Shown one piece after another: positions 16,532-30,095 of a DNA stretch of 64,000 bases; position 1 is the first letter of the stretch, and each line of letters opens with the position of its first letter. The stretch covers positions 66,526,001 through 66,590,000 of the forward strand of contig OX597817.1 of the NCBI GenBank assembly GCA_951406725.2. The letters are read 5' to 3'. Both the position numbers and the translations under genes were made by a program. This stretch comes from Octopus vulgaris. Taxonomy: Eukaryota. The notes beneath the pieces were generated by a model. The model saw only the letters and a program-made list of their open reading frames with translations. It searched no databases and was not told the DNA's origin.

Positions 16532-18997
16532 TTTACACGTACAAATGTACGTGTGAAAGCAATATACATATACGCTTGTGTGTGTGTGTGTGCGCGTTTT
16601 AACATTGTATCTTCTATGTGAGAGGATATATTTAGATGTATAAATAAGCTGAACCTGTTTGGAGTTATTATTGCTTTTGCTGTAAAAAACAAACAAATCC
16701 AATAATTCGATATCAACAAGTTTCCTTGACACACAAGTGTGGACTTACAAGAACGTGTTCAAACATGACTGACTGACGACTGGGCATTTACTCCTGTCAT
16801 TTGAAATGCAGTTAGTGTTCATTGTGAGGCTGCTAATTTGTTAGGGGTAGGAATATAATCGAATATATCGATTCCTGACGCGATTAACACTTGATATTAT
16901 ATTTTAGTGAATCCGGAGAGATAAAAGGCAAACGGACGAAATTTGAACTTAGACCCATAAGGCGGACGAAACAAAACCCTGTTAACCATTTAACCTGGTG
17001 CTCTGTCGTGCCCTGCCACTCCTACGTCCTATTACTTTATTCGTACATGGGCCTTTATGTGGTTGTTCGACCTGCTAAAATTAGCAGCAAAAATTACCTG
17101 TAAATCGAACACGTTTAATAATGGGACCCAGTTTCCCTTCAGATGATAAGAAAACAGATGAGATGGTCACGGTTGAAGTGTTTGATCACAGGTCTGCTGG
17201 ATTCGGGTCGACCTGGTGTTGAACACCTAAGCACTTAGTAATTTAAATCGCCGCTCATTTAATCTCTTCGCCCACCTTCCTACTATTACATAATTTACAT
17301 ATATCAACACTAGTAGTAATACCCACATCATCTTCATAATAATATCCACATCAATATCTATAGACCTCAATTTATATCAACATCAACTGTATTAATATAA
17401 ATCTAAACGAACCAACATGGGAGCCTCCGTGTAGTCGCTCGACATGTTAAATCTCCCTTAAAATACATCCACCTATCTTGAAAAAGGAAAGATACATTAG
17501 ATTATTTGGTCCCACAAGCTTTATCCCAGAAAACAAAATGGATGGTCACAAATGGAATATCTTTGAATATAGATCTATTCGATAAAGGCTGACCTTGAGA
17601 TAAACAAACATAAATATGATAGCAGTAATAATACTGACACAGTTATCTATTAACACTGGCACTGATGTTAACACAATAATAAGCACTGACATTTGATATC
17701 AACCAAAACAAGAGTGATACTGAACAAAACAACATTAGCATTCCTATTAACACCTATGTTACTGATAATGGCATCAACAATAACACAAGGGAGCCTCTAT
17801 AGTGCTACTCGCACGCGAGAAATAGTAGCAAATAACTCCATTGGAAACACACCGTATCATCTTTAAAAAAATGTTGCATAATCTGGTCCTGGATTCTCAG
17901 CACGTAAGAAAAAGATGGGAGAGACACGACAAGAATGTTTTTCAGCGATCACAGCTGATGGGGGTTAAACAACAACAATAACAATGATATCAACAACAAC
18001 ACTGATGTTCATATCAACACTGTGACAACACCACCAAGAATTGTTAATATTATATTAACAATAACTAACAATGGGAAACTGATAACAACACTAAAATCTC
18101 TTATCAAACTGACAATATTTACAACGAAACTGACATTCATATCAACAACCGACAACACTGACATCACGAAAAACTTGATATTTGTAATATTAATAACAAT
18201 ACTTCATAATAAGATTTTCTTTTATCAAGGTCCACCATGACCCGTTCTTAAAAGGAAGGATCATAACATTTTGAATGTATAACAGTATATTACTGGTATA
18301 CATCCTACCAACCCAGACATGCACCCTAAATATAATATTTAGTTACAGACGTACTGTAAGTGTTTGTACTATTTTCGACTGACAACATCAACAAAGTAAT
18401 TATAAAGCCGAGTACCTTGAACAACATTGCTGCGTCTTCAGCAGCAACTATAGATGAAGACGACGACAACGACGACGGCGATGAGTGAATGGGGGAGACC
18501 TCTACGCGGTCGTTGGGGCTAGTAGAAATAGGAGCTAAATCTCCCTCAAATGCAAAAACGAATACATTCGGCAACTGTAAAAGTAGAAAACCTTAAAGAT
18601 ACAGGCTGGTTGCAGTTAGCATGCCTTTAATAATAGGTCTGCTTGGGGCTAAAACAACAGTAACATCTAGAGACGAACAAACGAACGAGTCGCTCGATTA
18701 GTTAAAAATAGCAGTCAAACTCCTTCAAATCACACCCTAACGTCTTAAAAGGTGAAGGAGGCATACAAACCTCTATTGCATTTGCATTTAGTATGCAAGG
18801 GTATTTTCTCCCCAGAAGTTATTGTTTATAGTCCTAGATATAGGTTCTATGCTTGAAAACGAAGGCGAACGGTCATGCTACAATTATTTAAAAGACTTAG
18901 AAATGTGACAATGGATATAGCAAACCGGCGAACTCTGTGCCGGAACGCATTGCTCTGTTCCTTCGAGGCTAACTTGTGTCTTTCGTATGTCTAGAAA

Positions 18998-19154
18998 CAG
19001 GGCCGTCTTAGTATGTTAGGCCCCTGAGCAAATCAATACATTGGGCCCTAAAGTATTTATTTATTTTATTGACAGTCAGCTCTGGCGTACTTAGATCAGA
19101 AGTAGACCAGTGAAGCCTCAGTGTCCGGTGCACCCGCACTTTAAGACAACACTA
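18998..19154. mobile_element. Small degenerate hAT-like MITE
   Basis: Left end CAGGGCCGTCTTA, right end TAAGACAACACTA (degenerate TIR). Confidence 0.4.
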
Positions 19155-19417
19155 TCTGCAAGGTGCATCTAGGTATAATTTACAACTTTTGAAAATTCAT
19201 ATTAATGCGTGAAAAGCACGTTATTAATTTTTTGGTATGTACATCTTCGCGGATGTACATAGCAACTCCACTATGACCCCTTTCTTTTCTGTCGGTCTGT
19301 AACACAACATACTGTGGTAAGTGTATTTCTGCATTTGCTACTATACATAAGGCTTCATTGCATACAACAAGGTCTCTCAGGAAAGGAATTTACACTAAGA
19401 GTTAACAGTCCTCTGAT

Positions 19418-19454
<37 letters not shown>

Positions 19455-19470
19455 GCTCTTTATATATAAA

Positions 19471-19750
19471 TGGCACTCGGTCGGTTGCGATGAAGAAGGT
19501 TATAGTTGACCTAATCAATGGAACAGCCTGCTCGCGAAATTTTCGAGTACGGAGATTCTGAGCACCCTTACTCGGGGAGATTCAACGTGACATAGAAGAA
19601 GAGTGAAGGAAAGTTGTAGTGAAAGAGTGCAGTAGAGCCTCGTGAAGCTTTGGGTGTTTTCGCGCAATAAATACTCACAACGCCCGGTCTGGGAATCGAA
19701 ACTGCGACCGCTAGTCCGCCTCCCTAACCACTGGGCCATTGCGCCTCCAC
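19471..19750 (-). mobile_element. tRNA-derived SINE (family B), internally deleted
   Basis: Minus head GTGGAGGCGCAATGGCCCAGTGGTTAGG (A box)..GTTTCGATTCCC (B box); homologous to 45788-46176. Confidence 0.82.
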
Positions 19751-19779
19751 TATATATATATAAATTTTATTAAAAAAAC

Positions 19780-19810
<31 letters not shown>

Positions 19811-19815
19811 AACAT

Positions 19816-19846
<31 letters not shown>

Positions 19847-22800
19847 TTATATAAACATTATTATATATATATATATATATATATATTGATTGATTGATTC
19901 TAGTTTCAGCTCATGAGCTGTGGCCATGCTGGGGCACTATATTTATATAAACATTATATATATATATATTCTAAATGTTCAACTTCAAAACCGTCTTTTA
20001 AAACTTTCGATCCGAAGGGTCGCCAGTAATTTTTTTTTTTTTTTGCTTTATCTACAACGCATCACGAAGTAGGGGGGAAAATAGAGATCCGCTGATCTAA
20101 AGCTATAACAACGACGACGACGATGTCAACAACAGGAGCCTGCTACTACATCAGCTCCCACCTTGGTACACACAACATTGAATTACAGGACAAGGGAGGA
20201 AGGGGTCAAGGCATTCGTTGTACAGCTGGATCAAATCCTCTCTTCGTTTTCCTTTAGTAAATGACCGGTTACTTATTTTCTCTACCTCTGGCGATAAGAA
20301 GGAAAACGAAGTCGATCGCTACGTGTTCTAAACTCAAAACAAACATCGAGTGGGAAGTAAACATTAGGAGGCATTTAGTGTAGCTGTTCTCTACAGTTTC
20401 TGCTACGTCATCATCTTACTACATTAATAATTGCTTTTAATTTGGTCAGAAGGCCAACAGTTTTGAGGGAAGTAATTATTCGATACCATCAACCCTAGTA
20501 TTCCACAGGTATTTTATTTTTACTGACCCGGGTGGAAGGTAAAGGCAAAGCCGACCTGGGCGGGATTTGAACTCAGAAAGTAAAGAACTAAAAAAAGAAA
20601 AGCTGCAAAGCATTTTGTCCGACGTTCTTACGATTCCGCAAATCCATGTTTTGAGTGGGATGGGAGTCGAACAGTATATTTCGTTTTATCGATCCCAGTA
20701 TTGGACTGATACTTCATTTTATCAACTAAGAAGAATGAAAAGCAAAACTGATACTAAGGAGATTTGAACTAAGAACGTAAAGAACCATAACTAAATATTG
20801 TTAGCAGGTTGCGTGGAGGCTCCTTCGATGATATCGGTGAACAAATCCAGAACATCCTTATGTATTAACACATCATTTCCCCTTTTTTCGTCATAACTAC
20901 TGATTGCCAGTAGCAAAAGTAATGTCCTAAACTAAAAAAAAAAAAAAAATGCTTCGAACGTGTTTCGACTTTCCTTCTAAATATTTCCACTGTAATGATA
21001 ATCCACTAGGAAGTGGTGGTTACAACATCAATAATAACAATACGTACTCGTAGAAGCTAATGAGAAAATCTCCGCACGATTGCACGAAATTTTCTTCGAA
21101 TTATAATCTTACATAATTAAAAAAAAAACATTGTAAAAAGTAGTCCTAGTTAATGAAATTAAAAAAAAAATAGTCTTGACTAGAGCGACCGTGATCACAG
21201 GCATGCTCGATTGGGTTGATCTGGAGTTAAACAAGCGATACAACTATTTACTTGCAGTTGTTTTTTTTGAGCCATCGACGGAGCTTCTAAGTGGTCGCAC
21301 AAACTACTAGAAATAGCAGCTCAATATCCTTCAAAACACACTATTATTCTTTGAAGACTTAGTGGATAATGTACTTTTAAGTGCACTGGGAAGAGGAAAG
21401 GGTAGTCAAGGATAGAAAGCTTTTGATCACCGTCAAGGCTGACCTTGGGCGTCAGTGTTGTGCGCGCGCGAGTGCCTATATATACACACATATATATAAT
21501 TTCACTGAGGAAGGATGGTTTATGGAATTACCCTGAGTTTCTCGTCCATAAAGGGTTTAACTTTGTGGCGTATCGTCAGACCCCCAAAACCTGTTGGCCC
21601 AACACTTCTTCAAAATATAGAAGAAAGGCCTCGCTACGAATATGTGTGTGTGTATGTAAACATAGTTTAGCATAAATAGAAAAAATATAAAGTAAACTCA
21701 AGCTCGGTATCTTTTTTACACACAAACAAATCTGCAAAGCCATCGCAAAAACTCTTACTCAGAGTTTCACGTTCCCATTCGTCGGACAGTTTTTTATACA
21801 TACACTAGAGATGAGTAACTTTGGTACTGACATCCCTATCGGTAGAACTACTAGCGCCAACACAACACAAATTGCTGCTGCTACTACTACTACTACCACC
21901 ACCACCACCTCTTGCAGCAGCTGCAACCACTACATCTACCACCACAACCACTACGGTTGCTTCTACTAATACGTTATGAATACAGCAACATTATTTAAAA
22001 CTATCTCACAATATAAATATTTAGACGTCTCCAATGCCGGCAGCAGCAGAAATAACAACAACAGTAGTAGTATCACACCCGGCGCTGCTCATATTAATAG
22101 TTTGATATGAGACACATACCGCCAGGAGTAAACTACTTGAGATATTAATGTTGCTACTACAGTTAAACCTACCCCCTAACAATAATAATATTAGTTACTA
22201 GTAAGCACTGTTAACAGCTTATCGAAAGCTTAAGCAATGATAATTTTTTTTCTTCTAATTTTGGCAAAAGGCCACAAACTTTTTGGAGGAGAGAGGGTTA
22301 TTATATCCGATTGAATCGACCCAGTATTTGGTTGGTACTTAATTCATCGACTCCGGGAGGGAGAAAGGCTACGTGCTAGATATTTTACTCGGCGTTCTAC
22401 AATTTTGACAATTCAGCTTCAACCCAAAGAGGAAGCATATTATGCGATCGTTCGACTTGCTATTAATAGCAACTAAATCTTCCTCCAATTAAACTTAACC
22501 ATCTTAAAGGCGAAGAAAACACAGGATAACGTCCTCGATGCTTTAACTGAAATGAAATGTCAGGATAGACACGATTGTACCGTCTTTCATCAGATGTGTT
22601 CTACTTGGCAAGTACTTATTCCATCGATTTGCAAAGGACGACATAGTCAATAGCGGCAGGATTTGAACTCAGAATGTAAAGGGACATAACTAAATAAAGC
22701 AAGTAATTTTATCCAGCGCTCTATTGATTCTACTAAATTATTTAGCCGCTATTACAATAACGTACAGCGACGAGTAAACCGCTAAGCTCTGTGAAACTCA

Positions 22801-25800
22801 GCAATACGATTCGATTTCGATTCTTACTCAAAATCATTTTCATATATTTTTCAATTGCTGTTTAGAGCAATGTGTTAAACGTCCCCATTTTATCTGCTTG
22901 CTCCAGATAAATTTCGCATGTACACACAAGCCATCAATGAAGGAGCCTCTGTGCAGTCACTCGAACAGCAAGAAATGGCACCCAAATCAAATTCTACTGT
23001 CTTAGAAAAGAAAGCCATGTCAGACAACGTAGTCCCAGATATACAAAAATACGAAGTAGTCAAGGCTGGAACGCCTTTGGCTATAGTTCTATTCAATCAG
23101 AACTGACCTGGGCTAAACAACACGTACTCGTACATAAATAATAATTTATAACTTTAGCGCAGTCACAATTTTTTTTTTTTTTTTTGTGGGGTGGATTTCG
23201 TAAAATTGAATCGTACTTTATTGACGGAATTTGAACTCAAAATGTAAACGATCGAAATTAAAGGTTTCAAATATAGAAGTTTGTGGAGGAAGCTGTCGAT
23301 TATATTGACCTCGAAAGGGAGAAAGGCAAAACTGACCTCGGCAGAATTTGAACGCAGAAAGTGAAGAGCTGTAACATTTAATAAGAAACATTTTGTCCAA
23401 TGCTCTATCGATTTTATCAACAGTAACATAACATACGATTGAACTACTACTACTACTAACAAAAATATAATTACTACTACTACTGCTATGTTCATTAGTA
23501 TCAACAATACGCACCAACTAGGAAGTCTCTTTGCGGTTGTTCGCTCTGCTAGAAATAGCTGCAAATCTCTCTCAGCTCGCAACCCACTGGCTTAAAAAAG
23601 AAATATCACTCAGAATATCAAGACGGTCACGGCCGAAACGCCTTCGCTCACGCGTATGTTTATTCGGTCAGGGTTAACGACCTGAGGCAATACAACTGCA
23701 CTAACAGTATTTACTCACTACCAACACCTGCTACTAATATGCCGCTGCTAGTACCATTACCACAGAACTTGTATCAACAACAGAACTAGCTCAACTACTA
23801 CAGCTAAACGTCTAGTAACAGCAGTTCCACCAAAAGAATTACTATATACAAACCAATAACAATTACTGTTTCTATTACAACACACTAAGAATCAAGGCAC
23901 AAACATGGAGGCCAAATAAAATTTCACCACCGTTATAAATTTTTTTTTTCTGAGGGAGGGGGATTTCTAATATAGGCATGAGGCACAAATTTTGGAAGGA
24001 TGATATTGTCAGATAGATCGACACGTACTTGACCAGTGCACATTTTAGTAAGAATGGTGCCTGGTTTGAAAGTTGGATGGATAAAGAATCTGGGGAGCGA
24101 GGAAATAAATCGTGGCATTATCTATATTTGTATAGTCAGTCAGGAGCTAAATTAATTTCTATATGAAGAGGTTCTTCATATTTTATCATTTACATAACGA
24201 CAATGGCCTGGATATGTTCAGAAGTATGCCGGCGATATAGCTGGATTAATGTGCTATAGGCTATCTCTTCATTTAATGATAGTAGAACATAGGCTGCCAA
24301 ATAAAAGTTGTCTTGCAGTATGTTTGTTAGTTATGTCTCTTTACACTCCGTATTCAAATTATGTTTGGGGAGGGGTCTATTTTACCTGTCACCCCTTCCG
24401 AGATGGATAAATAAGTACCAGCAATGTACACGGATCAAATTACTTGTCTTTCTCAACAAAATCTAGTCTTGCCTTTCATGAATTCTCGCTATTAAAACAC
24501 TTCCATCACTGAAGACGAGGTTAGAACACTTTTGTGTCACATTCTTAAAATACCGTCTGCTGTAAGCCCTCCTTTACCATTTGAAAGTGGAAAACTATTT
24601 TTCCTGTCGGAATATGAATATATAACAAGTGAGAGATATCGATCACTTCCACCAACTGATCTAACTTAATATCACTGTTCTGTATTCAAACCTCGCCGAT
24701 TGGCTGTATTTTTTATTTTTCCCCTATTACCTACCCGGTTCCATAAATTGAGAAACTATTAAGAATTATTAATAATGGGACTGTCATTTGAATGTCTCTT
24801 TAACGCCCCAAAAAACAATGTCAAAGCAACAAGCGCTAATGCAATCACGTTTCTTTACACACACACAGAGTAAACCACTACACAGTCACTCGGTTCGCTA
24901 GAAATAACAACTAAACCTCCATCGACCCAAACCATACTATTTTCTTAAAGGAAGAGGAAGGACCCACTTAATAAATGTAGCCCTTTATATACACGTTAAA
25001 AGATGTAAAGCTTACGCCTGAAATGTCTTTGATCATAAGTCTACGTAATAAAGTTTAACATGGAGCTAAACAATAACAACTCTCTGCTTTACCCCCTCTT
25101 TCTCTCTTTTTCATATATACATTTTTTTAAAAGTATGAAGCATAAAATCTAATGCGATGCCTTTATAAAGAAATGTTTCATTCATATCTTTCCCAAAGAC
25201 ATTAAGCAAAAAGTTTTGACAGTGAATCGATACGGAATTGCGAACATTATTCGCCGACAACTTGCCGGCAGCCGCTGAAGTAGGACACTTTCTCACACAA
25301 ACACATCACTTTGTAAACAAACACTAATTTATCAAGGTTGAATGTTTACAGGTAGAGCTAAATATATATTAATAATGAGGCGCAGTAGCTGAATACACAG
25401 AGGAGCAACCACTGGGCTTTTCCTTCATAGATTGAGAACATAACCGGCACAAGGGTCTGTTGTGTACCTCATTATGGCTCATTACGTTACCTCTATATCA
25501 TACAGTCCCAAATGGTGATTATCCTGATAACAACCTGGTTGAGTTTGGGCCGGAAAGAAGCATACAATACAGAAAGGGGGGGGGAGAAAGAGAGGACGAT
25601 ATAACATGGTGATTAATTTTTGGCAAATTGAGTCCACAACTTAGATTCAATTCCCGTTTGAAATCGCTTCTTCTTCCTCTCCTACTACAATTTCTTTTAT
25701 TTATATCGAGCCGATGAGCGAGTCTCTTCGCGATTACTCGACCTGGTACAACTAGCAGCCAAATCTCCTTTAGATAATACACATTAAATATACCCATAAC

Positions 25801-28041
25801 ACATTAAATAGAATAGTCCTATATTAGCTCCTACCTAAAGTGGAATACATTAAGCTAGTGTTCCAGATTATGATATAAATATAAAGCCCCAACATCATAC
25901 AGGATATTTCAACGAAAAACATAGCCCACAGTAAACCTGCTCCGATGGACAGGTTTTAATTATCCTTTGCATGAAGGGTGAAGGTAGTAGGCAACTTGTT
26001 TATATGCATAGATTGAGCTCTGCATTCAGAAGTACTGCTTCAATGATAATTGTCCAAAGTTAACTGTTGACAACAATTACGGTATTTGTTGCGTTAAGAT
26101 ATTAGGTAAGGTACATACATTCTGATCCACAACGAAGGATTAATAAAGCTTTATAATGGTGGAGTGAAGAAAAAAAAAAGGAAAAGCGTTTAACAATGCT
26201 TAAAGTTTTTCCTTGGATTGTATCGCTAATACTGCAGTCAAATTTCGTGAGCGGAGATAAGAGAGAGTAAATATTCTTCCCCGCTATAGATGTGGAGCAG
26301 CACGCGAAACGAGGTGCAGAGAACTATATCAAACAGGCTGGGAGCTAGAATGTAACCTTGCTGAACCCAGAAAACAAATTGCAAAGACCATCGACCTGGA
26401 TCCATGAAATCACTAATGCTTACATTTAAATAACATGAAGGACTTCTGAAGATGCGTAGAAACTTTTAAGGAACGTTGCACGAGTATGCGACAGTGACTG
26501 TCAAAAGCGTTTTGTAAAGTCAATGAACTCCACAAGAAATAACTTGCGCTGCTCCTTGAAATTTTGCGTTAGTTGATACTAAAAGTCTTACTATTGGTTA
26601 GGCTTTAGTGGAGTCCACTCGCTGTATTTTTACGACGACTTAAACCAAAAGGAAAATCAGTTAAAGAAGATCTTCTTTCCATAAAACCTTGTTAGGAAAT
26701 GTTTCTGTTGCCACTGTAATCCCATCGTTCACGTGCCATTATAAAGGCTGCAGAAATGATCACCTCCGGGATCCTAGTGAATTAACAGTAGTCCTCAGAA
26801 TATATATAAAGGATAAACTTATTTGTCAATACAAAGATATCTTCTTTTCTCCCGCATAATTTAATGGGAATTTGTTGGAGAAAGAGAGAGTGAGTGAGAG
26901 AGTGTGTGTGTGTGTGTGTTTTGAAATGGTAAGATAGATGTCTACGTTCAAATGAAAATAAAATCATAAATTACAGCATGAACTATATACAAGCTTGCTG
27001 ACTTCGCGCACATATTTACATAAAAACATCAATAAACAAAAAAAAAAGAAGCAAAATATCAATTTTGTATTTACAAAACATGGAATCTTTGATATTTTTA
27101 AAGAAAAGGAACGTAGTAAGTTAAGATGCCAGTAACATTTCTACGAGCATTAACGATACAAGTGAAGTGAATCAGTTCCAAATAAGAATCGAAACCGGGT
27201 CATGGACACTTAGCTAATACGTTATTGCCGCATACAATATACTGTTCTGTCGATAAATATAGGTTGTCAGAGCTATTTCAATAAATAAGGAGAGCAGTGA
27301 TGAAAGTATGAACCTTCTCAAATGACAATTCAGAAGGAAGATATTGGCAAATCAAACTGTCATTTAAGAGTTCTCCGTTAGAGTACCGCAGTTGCTTTTG
27401 ACAAGTTGGTTTCTATTGATTTTATTAATACATAAACACATTTTGCGCGCGCGCGTATGTGTGTGTACGAAATGTGGTGGAGACTTTTGTATAAACAAAC
27501 ACAATATACATTTTTTATGCATAACACGCAGCAAGTATTATAGATACAAAATACAATTATTCACTGTACATAACTGTTTTATGCCCAGTCATATACATAT
27601 CTGTGTGTGTGTGTTTGTATACACACACAATTATTAGATATAATCAGTGGGTTATTCAGTTAACAACATATCTTTGCGTGTGTGTCATGAGACCTGACTG
27701 CAGTTATAACACTGAAAATTAAGGCATTACCAGGAATGTCACAAATGAACCCGGAAAGTCAGTCCTGAGGGACCGGACATAATTATTATTTATGATCAAA
27801 TAGATATTGATTTTTTAATATAAGCAAAAGGCTATGAATTGCATAAGCCGTATAGAAAAATGAAAAGCTAGAGCGATCTGGGCAGCATTTGAACTGGAAA
27901 TTTAAAGGGACACTTACGAAATACTGTAAGGCATTTTGTTCGACACCACCGATTCTCCCACTCCTCCGCCCTCACAGTCAAACTAATTATAGCAACAGGG
28001 CAAGCAATATGAAACGATGTAAAGAGAAAGATAAAACTTAC

Positions 28042-28646
28042 GAATGTTTTAATGGAACTTCAATATTGAGAGAAACGGCTCTTTTCTTGATTTCAGGTTG
28101 GAAATCTGCCAGTTTTGAATAGTCCTGATCTTGGTCAACAAGTCGAGCAGATTTCCTGCTCTCCAACAAGCGGACATCGTCCAATTTCTTGGATATTTCC
28201 AACACGTCGCTACAGTTGGCTGCTCTCACCCAAATTGTCACTTCGTTATTGAGTTGTTCGTGTTTCTGAACAAGTCCAGTTACTTCTCTTCCATTTAGAG
28301 TCACGTATACTTTTTGTCCTTCAAGTAAATGTACGGAGGACATGGCTTGGAAGCCAGGTCCGATTATGTTCTTCGAGTCCACTTCCTGAATAAGTCCGTT
28401 TTCGAATTTGACACAGTATGAAGAAGCCGGCGACGTGCCGGGTATCACTGACGACCGGTTTGAAGTTGGTTGGTTGTTGATGTTATTGTAGTCGGAGTTC
28501 ATTCTAGTTGTGTCATTTGTTTCTCCCACATCAGGCGACGAGCGAACGGCCTGAATGACCCCAGTGTAGAACCGGCCATCTTGACAAGCAGCACTAATTT
28601 TGGTGCCGACAATCGACCGTTTCGCCAAACGTCTGTTTCCAAACAT
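28042..28646 (-). CDS. ZNF704: First coding exon of a ZNF395/ZNF704/Glut4EF (C-clamp zinc-finger family) gene
   Basis: ORF MFGNRRLAKRSIVGTKISA..DGRFYTGVIQAV..GQKVYVTLNGRE..RLLESRKSARL..RAVSLNIEVP resembles the N-terminus of ZNF395 (RRLGKRSLLGARV) and invertebrate Glut4EF as I recall them. The ORF stop lies inside a GTAAGT donor (28041-28036), giving a 605-nt phase-2 exon. Downstream exons were not recognised in the window. Confidence 0.85.
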
Positions 28647-29189
28647 GATTTATATTCTGTATTTTTTCTAATTTTACTTTAAACGATTTATTTCAATAGT
28701 CGTATTTATATAAGAATGAGCAATTTTTCAAAACAAGTATTGAGGAAAGCAATTTAGCAAAAAATTTTTAAGAGGGAACTCATATCTGCACAACAAAAAT
28801 AGGATACAGAGATCAATTTCAAAGGAACAACAGTTTCTTGATTTGACAGATAAACTTTTCCTAAGTTTGTAGCATACTCCTTGAGATAAAAATATATTAA
28901 GAGATTCTTTAAATTTTGATGTTTATTGAATCAACTGCCATAAACGTGTTGATTTCATTTTAGTACCGGAAAAAAAAAAGAAAAAGATTAGCAAGTGAAA
29001 GAACCTGCCGGTTGTTTATGACGGGGAAATACTTCTGTATGTTATTTTGGGCCAATTTGTTCTTGTGGATAGGCTTCAGGTAGTGAGAGCCTAAGTTTAG
29101 TTTATCAACTACATTTGTAAGCCTATTTAGTTGGAGAAAAAGCAGTGGAGAAAGAGAGGAGCGGTGAGCGTATACAGTCCTCTTTTTGA

Positions 29190-29300
29190 TGCCCCTATTT
29201 ATAGAATTGTGTAATTGTCGGCTTTTAAGTAGACAGTTTCATGTCTTCTCCAGCTCGTGACGTGTTGTTGTCATTGGGAGAAGCAATATGACGCGAGAGC
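29190..29300 (-). promoter_or_regulatory. Putative core promoter of the ZNF704-like gene
   Basis: Minus-strand TATAAATAGGGG at 29203-29192; TGACGTG (29258-29264), CCAAT (29277-29273) and TGACGC (~29289) just upstream; ~550 bp above the ATG. Confidence 0.5.
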
Positions 29301-30000
29301 AATAGCAAAAAGAAATAAGAAAGAAAACCGGGAACTAAATAACAGATTTTAGTAGTAGTTGGAGAATGGTGTCAGGATACAGAGAAAAGAAAAATGATGT
29401 TTCGGATTGCCGATATTAATTAGGTAAAATAAGCAATTTGATGTTTCGAATCAGCAAAACAATACCCGTATAGTCGGGTTTGGCAAAGTTGTGTATGTCA
29501 CGTATTCCGATGTGGAGTTCACTCTCAATCGATCAATCAATCAATACTGATATAAACAAACACAGAAAAATGTAAAGAATTAATTATGTGAAAAGTAGTA
29601 CCTACTTTCATGAATGTATATCGACACAATTTTTTCGAGTGGAAGTAGTGGTGATAGTTAAACAATTTGAATTAAGACCAAAGCATAAAGATAAATGTCA
29701 TTTTTAAGAAGGCTTTTGATAGCAATGACGAAAGTACGATGGCCAACAGTGACCGAAAGCAGCAGAACGGTTAAGAAAAAGTCAACATCAATAGCAATAA
29801 CAAATACCCCACCAACAATATAAATTATTTGCTTGAAGGTTAAATCCAGAATCTGTTTTGAGTTAGATTTTTTTTTCTTGCGGTGGTCCAGTAGTCTTAG
29901 ACAATTATAAACATGTTAGGTTTTCTCCCTGTAGTTGAAGGTTCACCGGTTTGTTTTGGTTCTAAGAGTGGTGGGTGGAGCTCCACTTACCCCAACAAAG

Positions 30001-30095
30001 CCACGTGCTCAAAATACTGCTAAACGATTCGTTGATGAGTGCACTCCTTGCATTGTTATTGGTCAGTTTCTCAGTCAACACTGACGTCATTGGTC
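30001..30095. promoter_or_regulatory. Motif cluster (E-box CACGTG, full CRE TGACGTCA, two ATTGG/CCAAT) between the divergent genes
   Basis: CCACGTG 30001-30007, ATTGG 30058-30062, TGACGTCA 30082-30089 overlapping ATTGG 30089-30093; non-repetitive context. Confidence 0.4.

Larger units (their letters stand above)
16025..25960 (+). repeat. Cluster of ~13 co-oriented, diverged copies of a ~200-bp interspersed repeat (family D: GGAGCCTC..CTGCTAGAAATAGCAGCCAAATCTCCCTCAAAT..GACCTGGGGCTAAACAAC)
   Basis: Copies begin near 16025, 17050, 17420, 17790, 18495, 18690, 21045, 21280, 22430, 22942, 23521, 24870 and 25720, all on +. Minus-strand copies occur elsewhere (~12700, 35700-35860, 39000-39170, 49460-49640). 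Confidence 0.75.

Noticed and set aside
17280-23880. Thr/Asn-rich mucin-like frames from (ACN)n tracts
   Set aside because: Interrupted by stops and interspersed repeats; degenerate trinucleotide repeats.
16025-25960. CRISPR-like repeat-spacer array
   Set aside because: Eukaryotic DNA; the repeats are ~200 bp, highly diverged and irregularly spaced, with no cas genes.
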